Origin: a virus
Lineage: Duplodnaviria > Caudoviricetes
Strand: one strand, 5' to 3'
Length of the DNA: 64,000 nt
Virus record (IMG/VR): IMGVR_UViG_3300036376_000009
Location: 25,895 to 89,894 of that record
The stretch's first letter is position 1, and the number at the start of each line of letters is the position of its first letter. Under the pieces are notes generated by a model. It was not told where the DNA came from. It saw only the letters and a list, made by a program, of their open reading frames with translations, and made no database searches. Shown piece by piece: positions 52,308-62,425 of this stretch. The translations under genes and the position numbers were made by a program.

Positions 52308-52725
52308 GGCGCCTCGCACGGTGAACCCGAGCACGCCTCCGCCCGACGCGATCCGGCAGCTGGCCGCGGCGATCGAGCAGGCGCAGGCGTCCGTGCGCGT
52401 CAGCTGCGGGGCCGAGGCCACCAACACCCGCGCCGTCACCATGCAGGTTGTGGACAGGCGCGGGCGTGCGTGGGCCAAGCGCTGGCTCGTTCTGTTCTAC
52501 ATCGCCAACGGCCCGGCGTCGGCGCCCGGGACAAGCCAGACCGTCACCCTCACCACGGGGACCGTGATCAAGGCCCTCACCACGGACAGCGTCTACCTGG
52601 TGCGCACCGACGAGAACGGAGTAGCCGTCATCAACCTGACCGTATCCGGCGCCGCGAGCCGCTACGTCATCGCCAACGTCCTGCCCGAAGCGTCCACCTC
52701 GCCCGAGATCCCGTTCGCCGCCTGA
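52300..52725 (+). CDS. Putative virion protein
   Basis: Beta-rich; overlaps the previous gene. Confidence 0.55.
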   Translation: MPEAPRTVNPSTPPPDAIRQLAAAIEQAQASVRVSCGAEATNTRAVTMQVVDRRGRAWAKRWLVLFYIANGPASAPGTSQTVTLTTGTVIKALTTDSVYLVRTDENGVAVINLTVSGAASRYVIANVLPEASTSPEIPFAA

Positions 52726-52737
52726 AAGGACAACCCC

Positions 52738-53931
52738 ATGGCCCTTGACTCCCTCCTCGAATCCGCGTCCCCTTACGCCATCGGCGGAGGCGCAGTCCTC
52801 GACGCCGTCGGCGGCTACTTCGCCGGCCAGAGCCAGAACCGGGCGATGCGCAAGGCCCGCGACTGGTCCGACGACCGCACCGAGGCGGGCGCCAACCGGG
52901 CGCTGTCCGCGCTGCTCGGCCCGCAGCTGGCGGGCGATTACTGGGCGGGGAGCTTCTACAACCCCATGGCCGCGGCGTCGTGGCGCCGCGACCCGAAGTT
53001 GCAGCAGGCCCAGCAGCGGGCCGGGCAGGCGATGCCGGGCTACCTCCCGGTCATGCAGGGCATCGCCGACTCGGTCAGCGCCCGCCAGTCGGGGAACCTC
53101 GGCTACTTCGACACCCGGACCCGTGAGCTCGCGGGCGTCGATCAACGGTACCAGCGCGGGCTGGCCGACCAGTACGCCGCCGCCCGCGGCCAGCTGTCAA
53201 GCATGCTTGCGGCCGACGGCACCGAAGTGCTGCGGCCGTACCAGGAGCAGGGCGCGGGGATCGCGTCCATGCTGGAAGGCTACGGCCAGGGCGAAGAGGC
53301 GAGGATCCGCTCGCAGATGGGCCGCGCGGCCCGCGGATCGGCGCGCCGGGGCACGGCGGCGCTGTCGGCGTCCGGGCTGGGCAACAGCACCACCCGCGCC
53401 AACTTCCTGCGCGAGAACGACCGGACGTTCGCCGAGGGAACCGAAGCCCAGGTCGGGGCGGCGCGGGACCGCTCCATCGATCGCCGCGTCTCCGCCGCAC
53501 AAGGCCAGCAGGCCGGGGAAGCGTCGATCCGCCAGACCAGCACCGCCCGACGCTCGGGCACGCTGGCCGACATGCTCAGCCGCGAAATCTCCGCCGGCGA
53601 GCGTGCGGGCAGCGCTGCACTGGGACGGGCGTACGACCGCGACGCCCAGCGCATGGGGCTCGAGAACGCCAACCTCACCCGCGACGTGACGCTCCGCACC
53701 GAGCCGCAGGAGCGGATGCTGTCGGTGATGCTGTCGGGTCCGATGAACCCGTACCTCGGTCAGAGCACGGCCCAGTATTACCCCGGCGCGTCCGGGACGG
53801 CACAGGCCCTCACGAGCGTGGGCGGAACGCTGGGGGCGCTGGGCAGCACCGGGCTGGGGCAGGCCAACCAGCAGCGCCTGTTGCAGATGCTCATGGACGA
53901 GATGGACCGTCGCCGCGATGGGTACTACTGA
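52738..53931 (+). CDS. Ejection/internal virion protein
   Basis: N-terminal GGGAVLDAVGGYFAGQSQNRA typical of DNA-transfer proteins; helical Ala/Gly/Gln-rich. Confidence 0.65.
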   Translation: MALDSLLESASPYAIGGGAVLDAVGGYFAGQSQNRAMRKARDWSDDRTEAGANRALSALLGPQLAGDYWAGSFYNPMAAASWRRDPKLQQAQQRAGQAMPGYLPVMQGIADSVSARQSGNLGYFDTRTRELAGVDQRYQRGLADQYAAARGQLSSMLAADGTEVLRPYQEQGAGIASMLEGYGQGEEARIRSQMGRAARGSARRGTAALSASGLGNSTTRANFLRENDRTFAEGTEAQVGAARDRSIDRRVSAAQGQQAGEASIRQTSTARRSGTLADMLSREISAGERAGSAALGRAYDRDAQRMGLENANLTRDVTLRTEPQERMLSVMLSGPMNPYLGQSTAQYYPGASGTAQALTSVGGTLGALGSTGLGQANQQRLLQMLMDEMDRRRDGYY

Positions 53932-54023
53932 TCCGGGCGAGACGACAAGTCCTTGCGGCAGCGCGGCTTGCGCAGAAGTTCGGCCGGATTCCGGCCATTT
54001 GGGGCGACCCGAGGAGTAAACCC

Positions 54024-54557
54024 GTGCCGAAACTCCGGATCTATCAGCAGGTGGTGTGGGAGCATCAGGGCCAGGTGATCGCCGACCCGCGCGGGTCGCT
54101 GCGCACGCCGTACTACGAGGTCGAGATCGAGAGCACCAAGCGCCCGCGCACGCACGTCAAGACGATCCCCGCGTCAACCACCGGCACGCAGATCTACAAC
54201 TTCGAGTGGGGGGAGAGCTTCGAACTGCTGCGGGTCAGCCTGGTGGGCTCAGGCTACGTGATGCTCAGCTGGCAGGTCGACAAGCCGACGGTGGCGGATC
54301 CGCTGCTCCCGACCGGCGAGGCGATTTGCTGGTTCCACAAGGAGATGAGCTGCTTCGCGCCCGAGTTCTTCTCCACCGACCAATGCCTGACCCACCCCGA
54401 CGAGGCAATCGCCGCCGGCGGGACGGGAGGTTCGCTCGGGGGCATCCAGCCGCGGCTCGCCACCGACGGCGGGGCCGTGAACGGCCGCATCTTCTACATC
54501 CAGGCCCAGAACTACGGGACCGAGGACGTGATCGTACAGGTTGATATCTGGGGGTGA
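54024..54557 (+). CDS. Hypothetical phage protein
   Basis: GAGGAG RBS; globular composition. Confidence 0.6.
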   Translation: MPKLRIYQQVVWEHQGQVIADPRGSLRTPYYEVEIESTKRPRTHVKTIPASTTGTQIYNFEWGESFELLRVSLVGSGYVMLSWQVDKPTVADPLLPTGEAICWFHKEMSCFAPEFFSTDQCLTHPDEAIAAGGTGGSLGGIQPRLATDGGAVNGRIFYIQAQNYGTEDVIVQVDIWG

Positions 54558-54591
54558 TCGCGGGCACAGCTCGCAGAACAGGAGAAAGCTC

Positions 54592-54837
54592 ATGCACTAT
54601 CGGAACGGACGCGAAGCGAAGAACGGAGACCAGATCGTGCAGCTCGGCAGCGACGGCAAGATCTCGGCTGTGGGCGTGCTCCACTCGGCACAGCCGGGCA
54701 ACGATTACTGCAACGGCGCGATCGCGCCGATTCAGAACGCCCACACCGGCGCCTGCATGTGCGACTGCCTGCACATCGACGACGTCGCGGCGCTGCTCAA
54801 GGAGAAGGGGCTCGACAAGCGCCCCGCCGGTAAGTAG
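54592..54837 (+). CDS. Small Cys/His-containing phage protein
   Basis: AGGAG RBS; MHYRNGREAKNGD...NDYCNG...CMCDCLH. Confidence 0.65.
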   Translation: MHYRNGREAKNGDQIVQLGSDGKISAVGVLHSAQPGNDYCNGAIAPIQNAHTGACMCDCLHIDDVAALLKEKGLDKRPAGK

Positions 54838-54876
54838 CACATCACCACCGCCCCGGGGAACTTGGGCGGTGGCCTT

Positions 54877-56142
54877 ATGAGCCGACTCGCATCCATCCTG
54901 CTCGCCGGCCTGAACCAGGGCGCGGACAACGTCAACAGCGCGTTCAGCCTGGCGAACAACCGGGACCTCTCCCTCCAGAACCTGCTCCATGACCATGAGC
55001 AGATCGACCAGGGCTGGGACCGCAACGACATCGCGTGGGACCGCAACGCCTATGACTGGCAGCAGATGCAGCGGGACGCGCAGCTCGACCCGTACCGCAT
55101 GGCGGGGTACGAGCGGGACGCGCAGCGGTGGGATCAGGAGCAGGCCACGCGCGCCGACCTGCAGCGCGGCGGGATGCTGCAATACGCCGCGGGCCTGCCG
55201 GAGTTGATGAGCAACGACCCCGAGACGCTGTTCCCGGCGATGGAGCAGGTGCAGCGGTTCGCGTCGATGCAGCCAGAGTCCCAGCAGTCCTACTTCGAAC
55301 ATCAGGGCCGGGTGAAGCGCGACCAGGAGATCCGCGGCTTCATTCAGTCCGTGTCGGACGCCGGGCATGTAGACGAGGCCCGGCGCATGGCGATCGAGTA
55401 CATGACCACGGGGAAGGTGAGCGGAACGAAGTACGCCGCGAGCGATCCCTTTGACTTCCAGTCGTACCAAGACGAAATCCTGAACGATCCCAATTTTGAT
55501 GATGACACCAAAGACAAGCTCGTCTCGCTCGCGATGGTGACGCGCAAGCGGCCATCGCCGTCGCAGGTGTTGACGCTGTTCGGCCAGCAGAATGCCGAGC
55601 AGTCGAGGTTCGCCCGTGTCGAACGGGCAACCCGGAACTTGCAGGTGCTCAACAACCCGGCCGCGTCTCCTGCGGATCGCGCGCGGGCGGCCGCGGAGCT
55701 GCGGGCCGACAACTATCCGGTGGGGATGCCCGAGGCAAATATCTCCGGGCGGCAGCGGGGATTCACGGGCGACAGCACCGTTGTGCAAGGGCCGATGGTG
55801 GACGGGAAGCCAACCGCCTTCCGGGTGCCCAAGGGCGGGGGCCAGGTGATCACGCCCGACATCGCGGCGCTGATCAGGCAGCGTGCCGAGGAGGCTGTCG
55901 GCGCTCCCGAGGGGCAGGGATTCTGGGAGTCGATGGTGAGCTACCAGCGGCGATTGCAGGAGCACGCGGCCGCCGTGGACGAAGTGCAGCGGCAGTTCCA
56001 GGCGGCTGCCGGGTGGATGGACGCGCCGGCTGGCCGGAGTGGCGCGCCTGCCCAGCCGCCCGCAGGCGGGGGCAGCTCGCTCGATGCCGCGCTGGATGCG
56101 ATGTCTCCTGATGAAATCCGTCAACTGATCTGGGGGCAGTAA
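54877..56142 (+). CDS. Ejection/internal virion protein
   Basis: Helical Q/A/D-rich; between ejection genes. Confidence 0.6.
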   Translation: MSRLASILLAGLNQGADNVNSAFSLANNRDLSLQNLLHDHEQIDQGWDRNDIAWDRNAYDWQQMQRDAQLDPYRMAGYERDAQRWDQEQATRADLQRGGMLQYAAGLPELMSNDPETLFPAMEQVQRFASMQPESQQSYFEHQGRVKRDQEIRGFIQSVSDAGHVDEARRMAIEYMTTGKVSGTKYAASDPFDFQSYQDEILNDPNFDDDTKDKLVSLAMVTRKRPSPSQVLTLFGQQNAEQSRFARVERATRNLQVLNNPAASPADRARAAAELRADNYPVGMPEANISGRQRGFTGDSTVVQGPMVDGKPTAFRVPKGGGQVITPDIAALIRQRAEEAVGAPEGQGFWESMVSYQRRLQEHAAAVDEVQRQFQAAAGWMDAPAGRSGAPAQPPAGGGSSLDAALDAMSPDEIRQLIWGQ

Positions 56143-59100
56143 TGACGCAGTTCGACACGGCGGATCCGGCATTCCGTGCGGCGCTGCGAGCCCGCGCCAT
56201 CGAGCGGCTGCGCGAACGCGCGATTGAACGGTTGCGCGAGCGTGCGATCGAGCGCACGGGCGCTGGCGGTCCGCCTCCGTTCGTGGCCGACTCGCCCGAC
56301 GTTCCGCCGGAACCCGTGCCCGCGTGGGCCCTCGAGGTGCCTGGACCATCCGCGGCGCCCAGCGTCGACCCCGCGCCCATCGCCACCGTCACCCCGAACC
56401 GAACCCTCTCCGAGTACGCCCGCATCGGGACGGTCGGCCCCTCGCCCCGGACCCACCTCCCGCCCGGCCCCGGTGACGTCGTCGGCCCGACGTACACCCG
56501 GCCGACTCCGCCGCTCATCATCCCCGGCGTGCCCGAGGCCCCGCTGGCGCGGGGCGAACTGCCGTACCAGCCGCCGGACCTGACGCCTGCGCCCCCGGCT
56601 CCGCGGTCGATCGGCGGGGAGTTCCTGGCGGCAGCCGAGCGCGGCATCGGCAACATGGGGCGGATGGTGGGGCTCGGGCCCGCGGGCGCCGACACCCGGC
56701 CGTCGGCACCGCCGGAGGGCGCTGGCGGGCTGCGGCGGTTTGCTCAGGGGGCCGCGAACGTGGCGGGGGAGACGGTGCCGGCGCTGGCCGCCGGCGTCGC
56801 TGGCTCGGTCCTGACGGGCGGCGTGGGCATCCCCGCGGCGATCGGTGCGGCCCTGCCGATGGCGGCGCAGGCGGGCGGCGCGGCGTACGAACGGACGGGC
56901 AGCAGTGACGCGGCGATGGCGTCCGCGGCCGTGGCGGCGGCTCTGGGGCCGCTCCAGGTGGGCGGCGTGCTCGGCCGGGTCCCGGGGCTCTCCAAGGCCG
57001 TGGGCGAGGCGGTGACGCCCAAGGTGGCGGCGTACATCGCCCGCCGCGGGGCAGAGGCTGGGTTCAACGGCGCGGTGAACGTCGCGCAGGCGTACATCGA
57101 TGAGGAGATTGCGCAGCGGATCGGCGGGGCCGAGGCGATGCCGGTGGACGCGGCGTCAGCGTTCGTCGGCGGGGCCGCTGCTACCGCCGGGCTGGGCGGG
57201 GCGCTGGACCTTGCCGGGGCCGTCGCCAACCGCGGGGCTCGAGTTGTGGAGGGGCCGCGGGCTCGGGGTGCCGAGACCGCTCCACCGGTCGGCGCTGAGG
57301 CCCTGACGGCTGGGGACCAGCGCCCGGCGCAGGTTGCCGACCAGGCCGGCGTAGCGGGGCGGGGCGGGGATCAGGTTGGGGTCGTGCCGGAACGAGACGG
57401 AGGCGTTGACGCCGTCCGTCCATTCGAGCGTGCCGCGGACCCGCTCGTGCGAGTTGCGGGGGCCGATCAGGTTGGGGGTGAGGTCGGGCAAGGGTTGGCA
57501 AATCCGGCGAATCTCGCGGCCGAGACGGTCGCGCTTCGGGGCGTGGTCCGGGATGCCCAGCGCGTGGGCGACGGTGTCCCGGTAGTCGGTGGCGAGCAGC
57601 GGGGGGTTTCGGTCAGAAGCCAAGTTCCACCCCCGTCAGCGATCGAGACAGCGACGCCTCTGCCGGAGTTGACACAAGGCCGAGACCTCGCGGATAGCTC
57701 CGCTGGCGCATCGCCGCCAGTTCGTCCATCGTCATCGACCGCAACCAGCGGAGTTGACGAAGCTCTCGCGCCGTCGGATCCCGCGGCCGCGGCGGCTCGC
57801 ACTCCCCCGGCGGAAACGACTCGGCAAACCGACGCTGGAATTCAGCAGGGCTCATCCCCCGATCCTACGGCGGCGGCCCCTGCGCGTCCGCTCACCGGCC
57901 TGGACCGGATCGAGGCGGAGGCAACCGCCCGCCTGCGTGAGTGGGCGGACAAGAAGCGCCGACTCGGCGCCGTTGCCCCTGATCCGCGGGAGTCGATCCC
58001 GGAGGACCTGCGCGCGCTGCGGGACGCGGCAATCGTCGCAGGCGTGCGCGTCGCCCGCGCCGGCGTGAAGGGGACGCGGGCGGTCACGGAGGCGGTCCGC
58101 ACCGCCATCCGCGAGATTGCGCCCGGGTTGGACCAGAGTCGCACGGACGCGGCCGCCCGCATGGCGTCGCGGATCGTCAGGGGGTCCGTCGGCGAGGATG
58201 GCGCGGTTGATCCCGCCGCGCTGGAGCGGGCGATCGGCTCGGTGCTCGAGCAGTCCGGAGAACGGCCGGCGAAGACGATGATCCGCGAGAACACCGGGCA
58301 GGCGTCGAACGAGGCCCCGACGATCCGGCAGGCCGACGCGCTGGCGGGCGGGCTGCGGCGGGAGCAGCGGGTGGCGGGCAAGGCGTACCGCGAGGGGGCG
58401 GCTGGCGCTCGGCAGGTGGAGCGAGCGAAGGGTCAGCAGCGACTGACCGCTCAGCGCGACAAGATCCAGAAGCAGGCGCTGACCGCGGGGTTGCGGCGCG
58501 AGGAGAAGGCCGCCGCCCGCGCTTGGCGAGAGGCCGTTCGAGTCACCAAGCAGCAGGAGAATGTGAAGTCGCAGGCGAAGCTCAAGAACATGATCGCCAG
58601 AATCGACTCGAAGCAGGCGACCAAGGACGGCATTCGGGCGGAGGCGGTTCGGCTCCTCGAGGAAGGCCTTCCCCAGAGCATGCGGGGAAAGTACCTGGTT
58701 GCGGTGCGTGACGCGACCACGCTCAAGAAGTTGTCGAAGCTGAGCGATCGAATGCTGCGGGACCTGGTGCGGGCGGACGGACGCAAGGCGGTCAAGGCGT
58801 CGGAGAGGGTCACTCGCAAGGACGTCGCGTCACTTGAACCAGAGATGAAAAGCGAGGCCGAGGCGGCACTCGGCGCCATCCAGCGGCTGCGCAAGCTTCT
58901 GGGGCCGGATACCACCGGGCAGACGGAGCGGATGTCGACGCCCGAACTGGCGGCCGTGCGGGACGAGCTCGTGTCGACCGTCAAGGCCCTGAACGGTCTG
59001 CTGCATGAGCAGAAGACGATGGACAAGGTCCGTGTGCGCGGCGAGCTGGTTGAAGCAGCGAAGATCCGGGAGCAGGTGATCGAGCGTGTCAGCGGGCGGG

Positions 59101-61232
59101 ACGAGATCAAGACTGGCGACACGCCAAGCGCTCCCGAACCCGGCTGGATGACGCAGTTGCTGCGCCGGCGCACCAACTGGGAATCGCTCTCGCAGCTGGT
59201 GGATGGATTCAAGTCCGGCGGTCCTGGCATGCAGCTCTTCCGGGAGGTGCTTCGCGGCCGTCGCACGTCGCTGGCGCTGCAGCACGCGTACCAGGACGGT
59301 CTGGCCAGCATCGTGAAGGCGAACGGCTATGAGTCGATCGCGCACTTTCAGATGGAGACTTCGGGCACCCTCGGGCAGAAGTCGCAGAAGACGGTGCAGG
59401 TGCGTGTTGGACCGCACAGTCGGATCACCCTTGGTCAGGCCATGTACCTGTACGCGTCTTCGACGGACGCCGGCTTCCGAGCGCGCATCGAGGCGGGGCA
59501 GCGGGTTCAGTTCCGCGCCGATTCGAACGCGGCCCCGTTCAAGCTCACTCTGGCCGATCTCGACCGCGTCGCCGCGGCCCTTCCCAGCAACGTCAGGCGG
59601 CTTGTGGATGAGGCGAAAGCGCTGTACGACTCGACGTTCTTTAGCAAGCTGTCGGCCGTGAACAAGCGGCTGAAGGGGTACCACCTGGACAAGGTCGACG
59701 GGTACTTCGGAATCAAGCTCAACCGCCAGTTCAGCGAGGGGCGGGGCACGCCGGATTCGTGGCGCCGCCAGGTCATCCGGGCGATGGAGGCCGCCGGCGT
59801 GATGCAGGAGCGAACCGGACCGTCCAAGACCCCGATGCTCATCGGCGACTTTGGCACCGACATCGTCATGCGGGGCCGAGCCGCCGCCACGATCATCGGC
59901 AAGGCGGAGCCGGCGAAGCTGCTGACGCGCGTCTTTCTTCATCCGGACGCGATGACTGCGGTGTCGAGGCGGCTGGGAACGTCGACCATCAAGCGGATTG
60001 AGCGAAGAATCAGCCTGTTTTCGGGCGGCGAGATGTTCAACGAAGCGGCGGACAGGCCCCTGCGAACGCTGCTGGGCCTGTGGGCTCGGGGCAAAACCCA
60101 GTTGTGGGCGTGGACCTGGGCCAGAAACGCCGTGTCAGGATCTGCGCGCATCCTCGCGGAGGTTGGCGGCGGTCGCGTGTCCACCACGGTGCTGCGGTCG
60201 ATTCTGCGGCCCAAGGCCACTTGGAGCGAGTTTCAGGACCTGATGCGGCTTTCGCCCGAGCTGCGGGAGCGGTGGGCGGGCGGCGCGGTCGGGTCGTTTT
60301 ACGACCACGGGGCGGATCACGGGGCAGAGGCACGCTTCAAACTGGCGATGGGGGCGACGTTCCGCGAACTGCGCGAGATGGCGAAGGGCGCGACGAGCAA
60401 GAACGCCGCTCAGGTCCGCGATGCGGCGCAGGGGCTGGGGAGGTCATGGCGGTCAGTCCTCGACTCGATCACGATCGCCAACTACTTCGACGCCGTTCCG
60501 GCGATCGCGGCCTATCGAGTCATGCTTGAGAAGGCGCCGAAGAACCTGTCCGGTGACGCGAGGAAGCGGTGGGCGGCGCGGCATGCAACCCGGGCCTTTG
60601 AGCGGGTGAGCAATACCGCCACCATCGAGTACGCCAACGACGTGCAGCTTGACGCCCGCGATTCGCTGTGGATGGCGACCCTGATCCCGTTCACGGGCGA
60701 CACCGCCAAGGCTCAGAACATGATCTACGAGGTAGTCCACAAAGGCGGCCGCAGACAGGCTCGCGTGTACTCGGCCATCGCCCTGGGTGCGGTGATGTCG
60801 GGCGTCGTGTCTTCGATGCGAGAAATCGTGTTGGGCCAGGACGACGAGACCCGCGTTGCCCGCGCCGGCGCCCAGCGTGCGCTGCAGGACGTTGTCGGCA
60901 TCGTTCCTGTGCTGGGGCCCGTGTTGTCGAAGCTCGTCCCGAGGGTGGTGCAGGGCGGCAAGGGAGCTCCAGCGCCTGAGCTTGAAGTCCCGGTCATCGA
61001 GGCTGTGAACAGCCTGATGGAGGCGACGATGGCATTCTGGGACGCCTACGACCGCTTGGGCGAGAAGCAACGCAAGGGGGTGATGACTGCCGGGGAGAAG
61101 TTCCGCAAAGCGGTGTGGCGGACCGGCGAGACCGTTGGCGGCGGTATTGGTCTGCCGGTGCAGTACTTCAGGGAGGCGCGTCGCGCAATTGAGGGTTGGT
61201 TCGGGGAGGGAGGAAGATCCCCAGGAAGATGA
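56142..61232 (+). CDS. Large ejection (DNA transfer) protein, 1696 aa
   Basis: Last late gene; TM-like Gly/Ala region, coiled coils, helical C-terminal domain typical of podovirus gp16/gp20-type proteins (inference). Confidence 0.75.
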   Translation: MTQFDTADPAFRAALRARAIERLRERAIERLRERAIERTGAGGPPPFVADSPDVPPEPVPAWALEVPGPSAAPSVDPAPIATVTPNRTLSEYARIGTVGPSPRTHLPPGPGDVVGPTYTRPTPPLIIPGVPEAPLARGELPYQPPDLTPAPPAPRSIGGEFLAAAERGIGNMGRMVGLGPAGADTRPSAPPEGAGGLRRFAQGAANVAGETVPALAAGVAGSVLTGGVGIPAAIGAALPMAAQAGGAAYERTGSSDAAMASAAVAAALGPLQVGGVLGRVPGLSKAVGEAVTPKVAAYIARRGAEAGFNGAVNVAQAYIDEEIAQRIGGAEAMPVDAASAFVGGAAATAGLGGALDLAGAVANRGARVVEGPRARGAETAPPVGAEALTAGDQRPAQVADQAGVAGRGGDQVGVVPERDGGVDAVRPFERAADPLVRVAGADQVGGEVGQGLANPANLAAETVALRGVVRDAQRVGDGVPVVGGEQRGVSVRSQVPPPSAIETATPLPELTQGRDLADSSAGASPPVRPSSSTATSGVDEALAPSDPAAAAARTPPAETTRQTDAGIQQGSSPDPTAAAPARPLTGLDRIEAEATARLREWADKKRRLGAVAPDPRESIPEDLRALRDAAIVAGVRVARAGVKGTRAVTEAVRTAIREIAPGLDQSRTDAAARMASRIVRGSVGEDGAVDPAALERAIGSVLEQSGERPAKTMIRENTGQASNEAPTIRQADALAGGLRREQRVAGKAYREGAAGARQVERAKGQQRLTAQRDKIQKQALTAGLRREEKAAARAWREAVRVTKQQENVKSQAKLKNMIARIDSKQATKDGIRAEAVRLLEEGLPQSMRGKYLVAVRDATTLKKLSKLSDRMLRDLVRADGRKAVKASERVTRKDVASLEPEMKSEAEAALGAIQRLRKLLGPDTTGQTERMSTPELAAVRDELVSTVKALNGLLHEQKTMDKVRVRGELVEAAKIREQVIERVSGRDEIKTGDTPSAPEPGWMTQLLRRRTNWESLSQLVDGFKSGGPGMQLFREVLRGRRTSLALQHAYQDGLASIVKANGYESIAHFQMETSGTLGQKSQKTVQVRVGPHSRITLGQAMYLYASSTDAGFRARIEAGQRVQFRADSNAAPFKLTLADLDRVAAALPSNVRRLVDEAKALYDSTFFSKLSAVNKRLKGYHLDKVDGYFGIKLNRQFSEGRGTPDSWRRQVIRAMEAAGVMQERTGPSKTPMLIGDFGTDIVMRGRAAATIIGKAEPAKLLTRVFLHPDAMTAVSRRLGTSTIKRIERRISLFSGGEMFNEAADRPLRTLLGLWARGKTQLWAWTWARNAVSGSARILAEVGGGRVSTTVLRSILRPKATWSEFQDLMRLSPELRERWAGGAVGSFYDHGADHGAEARFKLAMGATFRELREMAKGATSKNAAQVRDAAQGLGRSWRSVLDSITIANYFDAVPAIAAYRVMLEKAPKNLSGDARKRWAARHATRAFERVSNTATIEYANDVQLDARDSLWMATLIPFTGDTAKAQNMIYEVVHKGGRRQARVYSAIALGAVMSGVVSSMREIVLGQDDETRVARAGAQRALQDVVGIVPVLGPVLSKLVPRVVQGGKGAPAPELEVPVIEAVNSLMEATMAFWDAYDRLGEKQRKGVMTAGEKFRKAVWRTGETVGGGIGLPVQYFREARRAIEGWFGEGGRSPGR
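57156..57623 (-). CDS. Nested antisense gene (candidate), TTG start
   Basis: Minus-strand third positions are about 84/89 G/C over 57330-57600 versus about 64/89 in the plus frame (hand count); globular-looking product. Confidence 0.6.
   Translation of the reverse strand: MASDRNPPLLATDYRDTVAHALGIPDHAPKRDRLGREIRRICQPLPDLTPNLIGPRNSHERVRGTLEWTDGVNASVSFRHDPNLIPAPPRYAGLVGNLRRALVPSRQGLSADRWSGLGTPSPRPLHNSSPAVGDGPGKVQRPAQPGGSSGPADER
57613..57855 (-). CDS. Nested antisense gene (candidate), 80 aa
   Basis: AGGA SD 7 nt before ATG; stop overlaps the start of 57156..57623; plus frame here is P/S/T/A-rich as expected for a shadow. Confidence 0.55.
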   Translation of the reverse strand: MSPAEFQRRFAESFPPGECEPPRPRDPTARELRQLRWLRSMTMDELAAMRQRSYPRGLGLVSTPAEASLSRSLTGVELGF

Positions 61233-61395
61233 TCATCACCCAGGGCGTTGCGAAGAAGGAGAAGGCGGCACCCATCCATCCGTCAGTTGACCACGCGCAG
61301 TAGGTCACGAAGGCCCAGATAGCGATAAACACGGCAGCGCAGAGCAAGAACAAGAGGCGGCTGCGCAGTGACGGACGGGCGTATTCGTGGAGCAT
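61168..61395 (-). CDS. Small two-TM membrane protein (moron)
   Basis: Two hydrophobic helices; antisense to the late operon. Confidence 0.65.
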   Translation of the reverse strand: MLHEYARPSLRSRLLFLLCAAVFIAIWAFVTYCAWSTDGWMGAAFSFFATPWVMIIFLGIFLPPRTNPQLRDAPP

Positions 61396-61446
61396 GGGGT
61401 TCCTCGGGCATGCGATGGCGCAGGGCGAGACGTTCGACCCGGCGAC

Positions 61447-61971
61447 TCACCGTGTGGTCTCCGCCGGCGGGGGCGGCGGCTCAACTCCCTCTGTTAGGCG
61501 GATTCGTGTGTTCCAGCTGTCTATCGCCCTTACGAGGTCGCCCACTTCATCAAGAACAAGGCCCCAGCGGAAGTTCACTCGGCTCATCCGGTCGGGGTTC
61601 ACCCCGCGCGCCATCACGGGCACGGCTTGTCCCTGTCCGTCAACAACAAAGGCTTGTCCAGCCGGACTAATCACAAGGATTTTGTCGTCTGCTGCAAACG
61701 CACAAACTAAGGGCTGTTGCTGGCCGACAGCTCGCTCAATGGTCTCAATTTTTTCTAACGACTCTCTGCGAAGTTGCTCTGACAGTTGATCGATGCTGGG
61801 GACGACTGTTCCGTCCGAGAGCCTTTTCCCGCTGTACTCCAAAAAAATCTTGTCGGGTCGGCCGGACGACGGAGGGCCTGACGCCGTGCCCGACAGCGTT
61901 ATCAAGGCGGACGCGGCAACAAACCCCACCAAACACACGCGCCAGCTCACGCGTCTATGTTGCTCAGGCAT
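61447..61971 (-). CDS. Exported/membrane-anchored protein (moron)
   Basis: Signal-like RRVSWRVCLVGFVAASALITL; lower GC than flanks. Confidence 0.6.
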   Translation of the reverse strand: MPEQHRRVSWRVCLVGFVAASALITLSGTASGPPSSGRPDKIFLEYSGKRLSDGTVVPSIDQLSEQLRRESLEKIETIERAVGQQQPLVCAFAADDKILVISPAGQAFVVDGQGQAVPVMARGVNPDRMSRVNFRWGLVLDEVGDLVRAIDSWNTRIRLTEGVEPPPPPAETTR

Positions 61972-62425
61972 GCTCGACACTCCAAAAGGTCCCGCGCCCG
62001 ACGGGTCCGTGCGGCTTGTTCCGGATGTCGATAGATGGCCCCTCTTGGCCCTCGGCGACGGCACAGGCGTTGTTGAGGTCGATCAGAGAGCCAGCCGAAT
62101 CGCCAGTGGCAACGCTGCGAATCTCAAACATGAACTGTGGCGTGGCGGTTGGCACCGGTGTTCTCCCACCGGGCGAGTCGCGGGCCGGTGACAAACCTTA
62201 CCGCACTCGTTTCTCCGCTGCAACGCCACACAGAATGCGAACAGCCGTGACGCCGCGCAGTCTCTGCACGCCGGCCGCGACCGAGAACCTCCGATAACCG
62301 CCGCAGTCGCGCATGCGTTGCGCACAAGCGCAGACTTTCCCGACGCTCCCAACCCATACCGGTGGCTCTCGTATGAAATCCTTGTAACATGCCCAGACAC
62401 GGAGGTTTCTCGGAGGGGATCGTGC

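Noticed and set aside
56190-56250. RERAIERL tandem repeat at the ejection protein N-terminus
   Set aside because: Short in-frame peptide repeat with diverged codons; ordinary coiled-coil low complexity.
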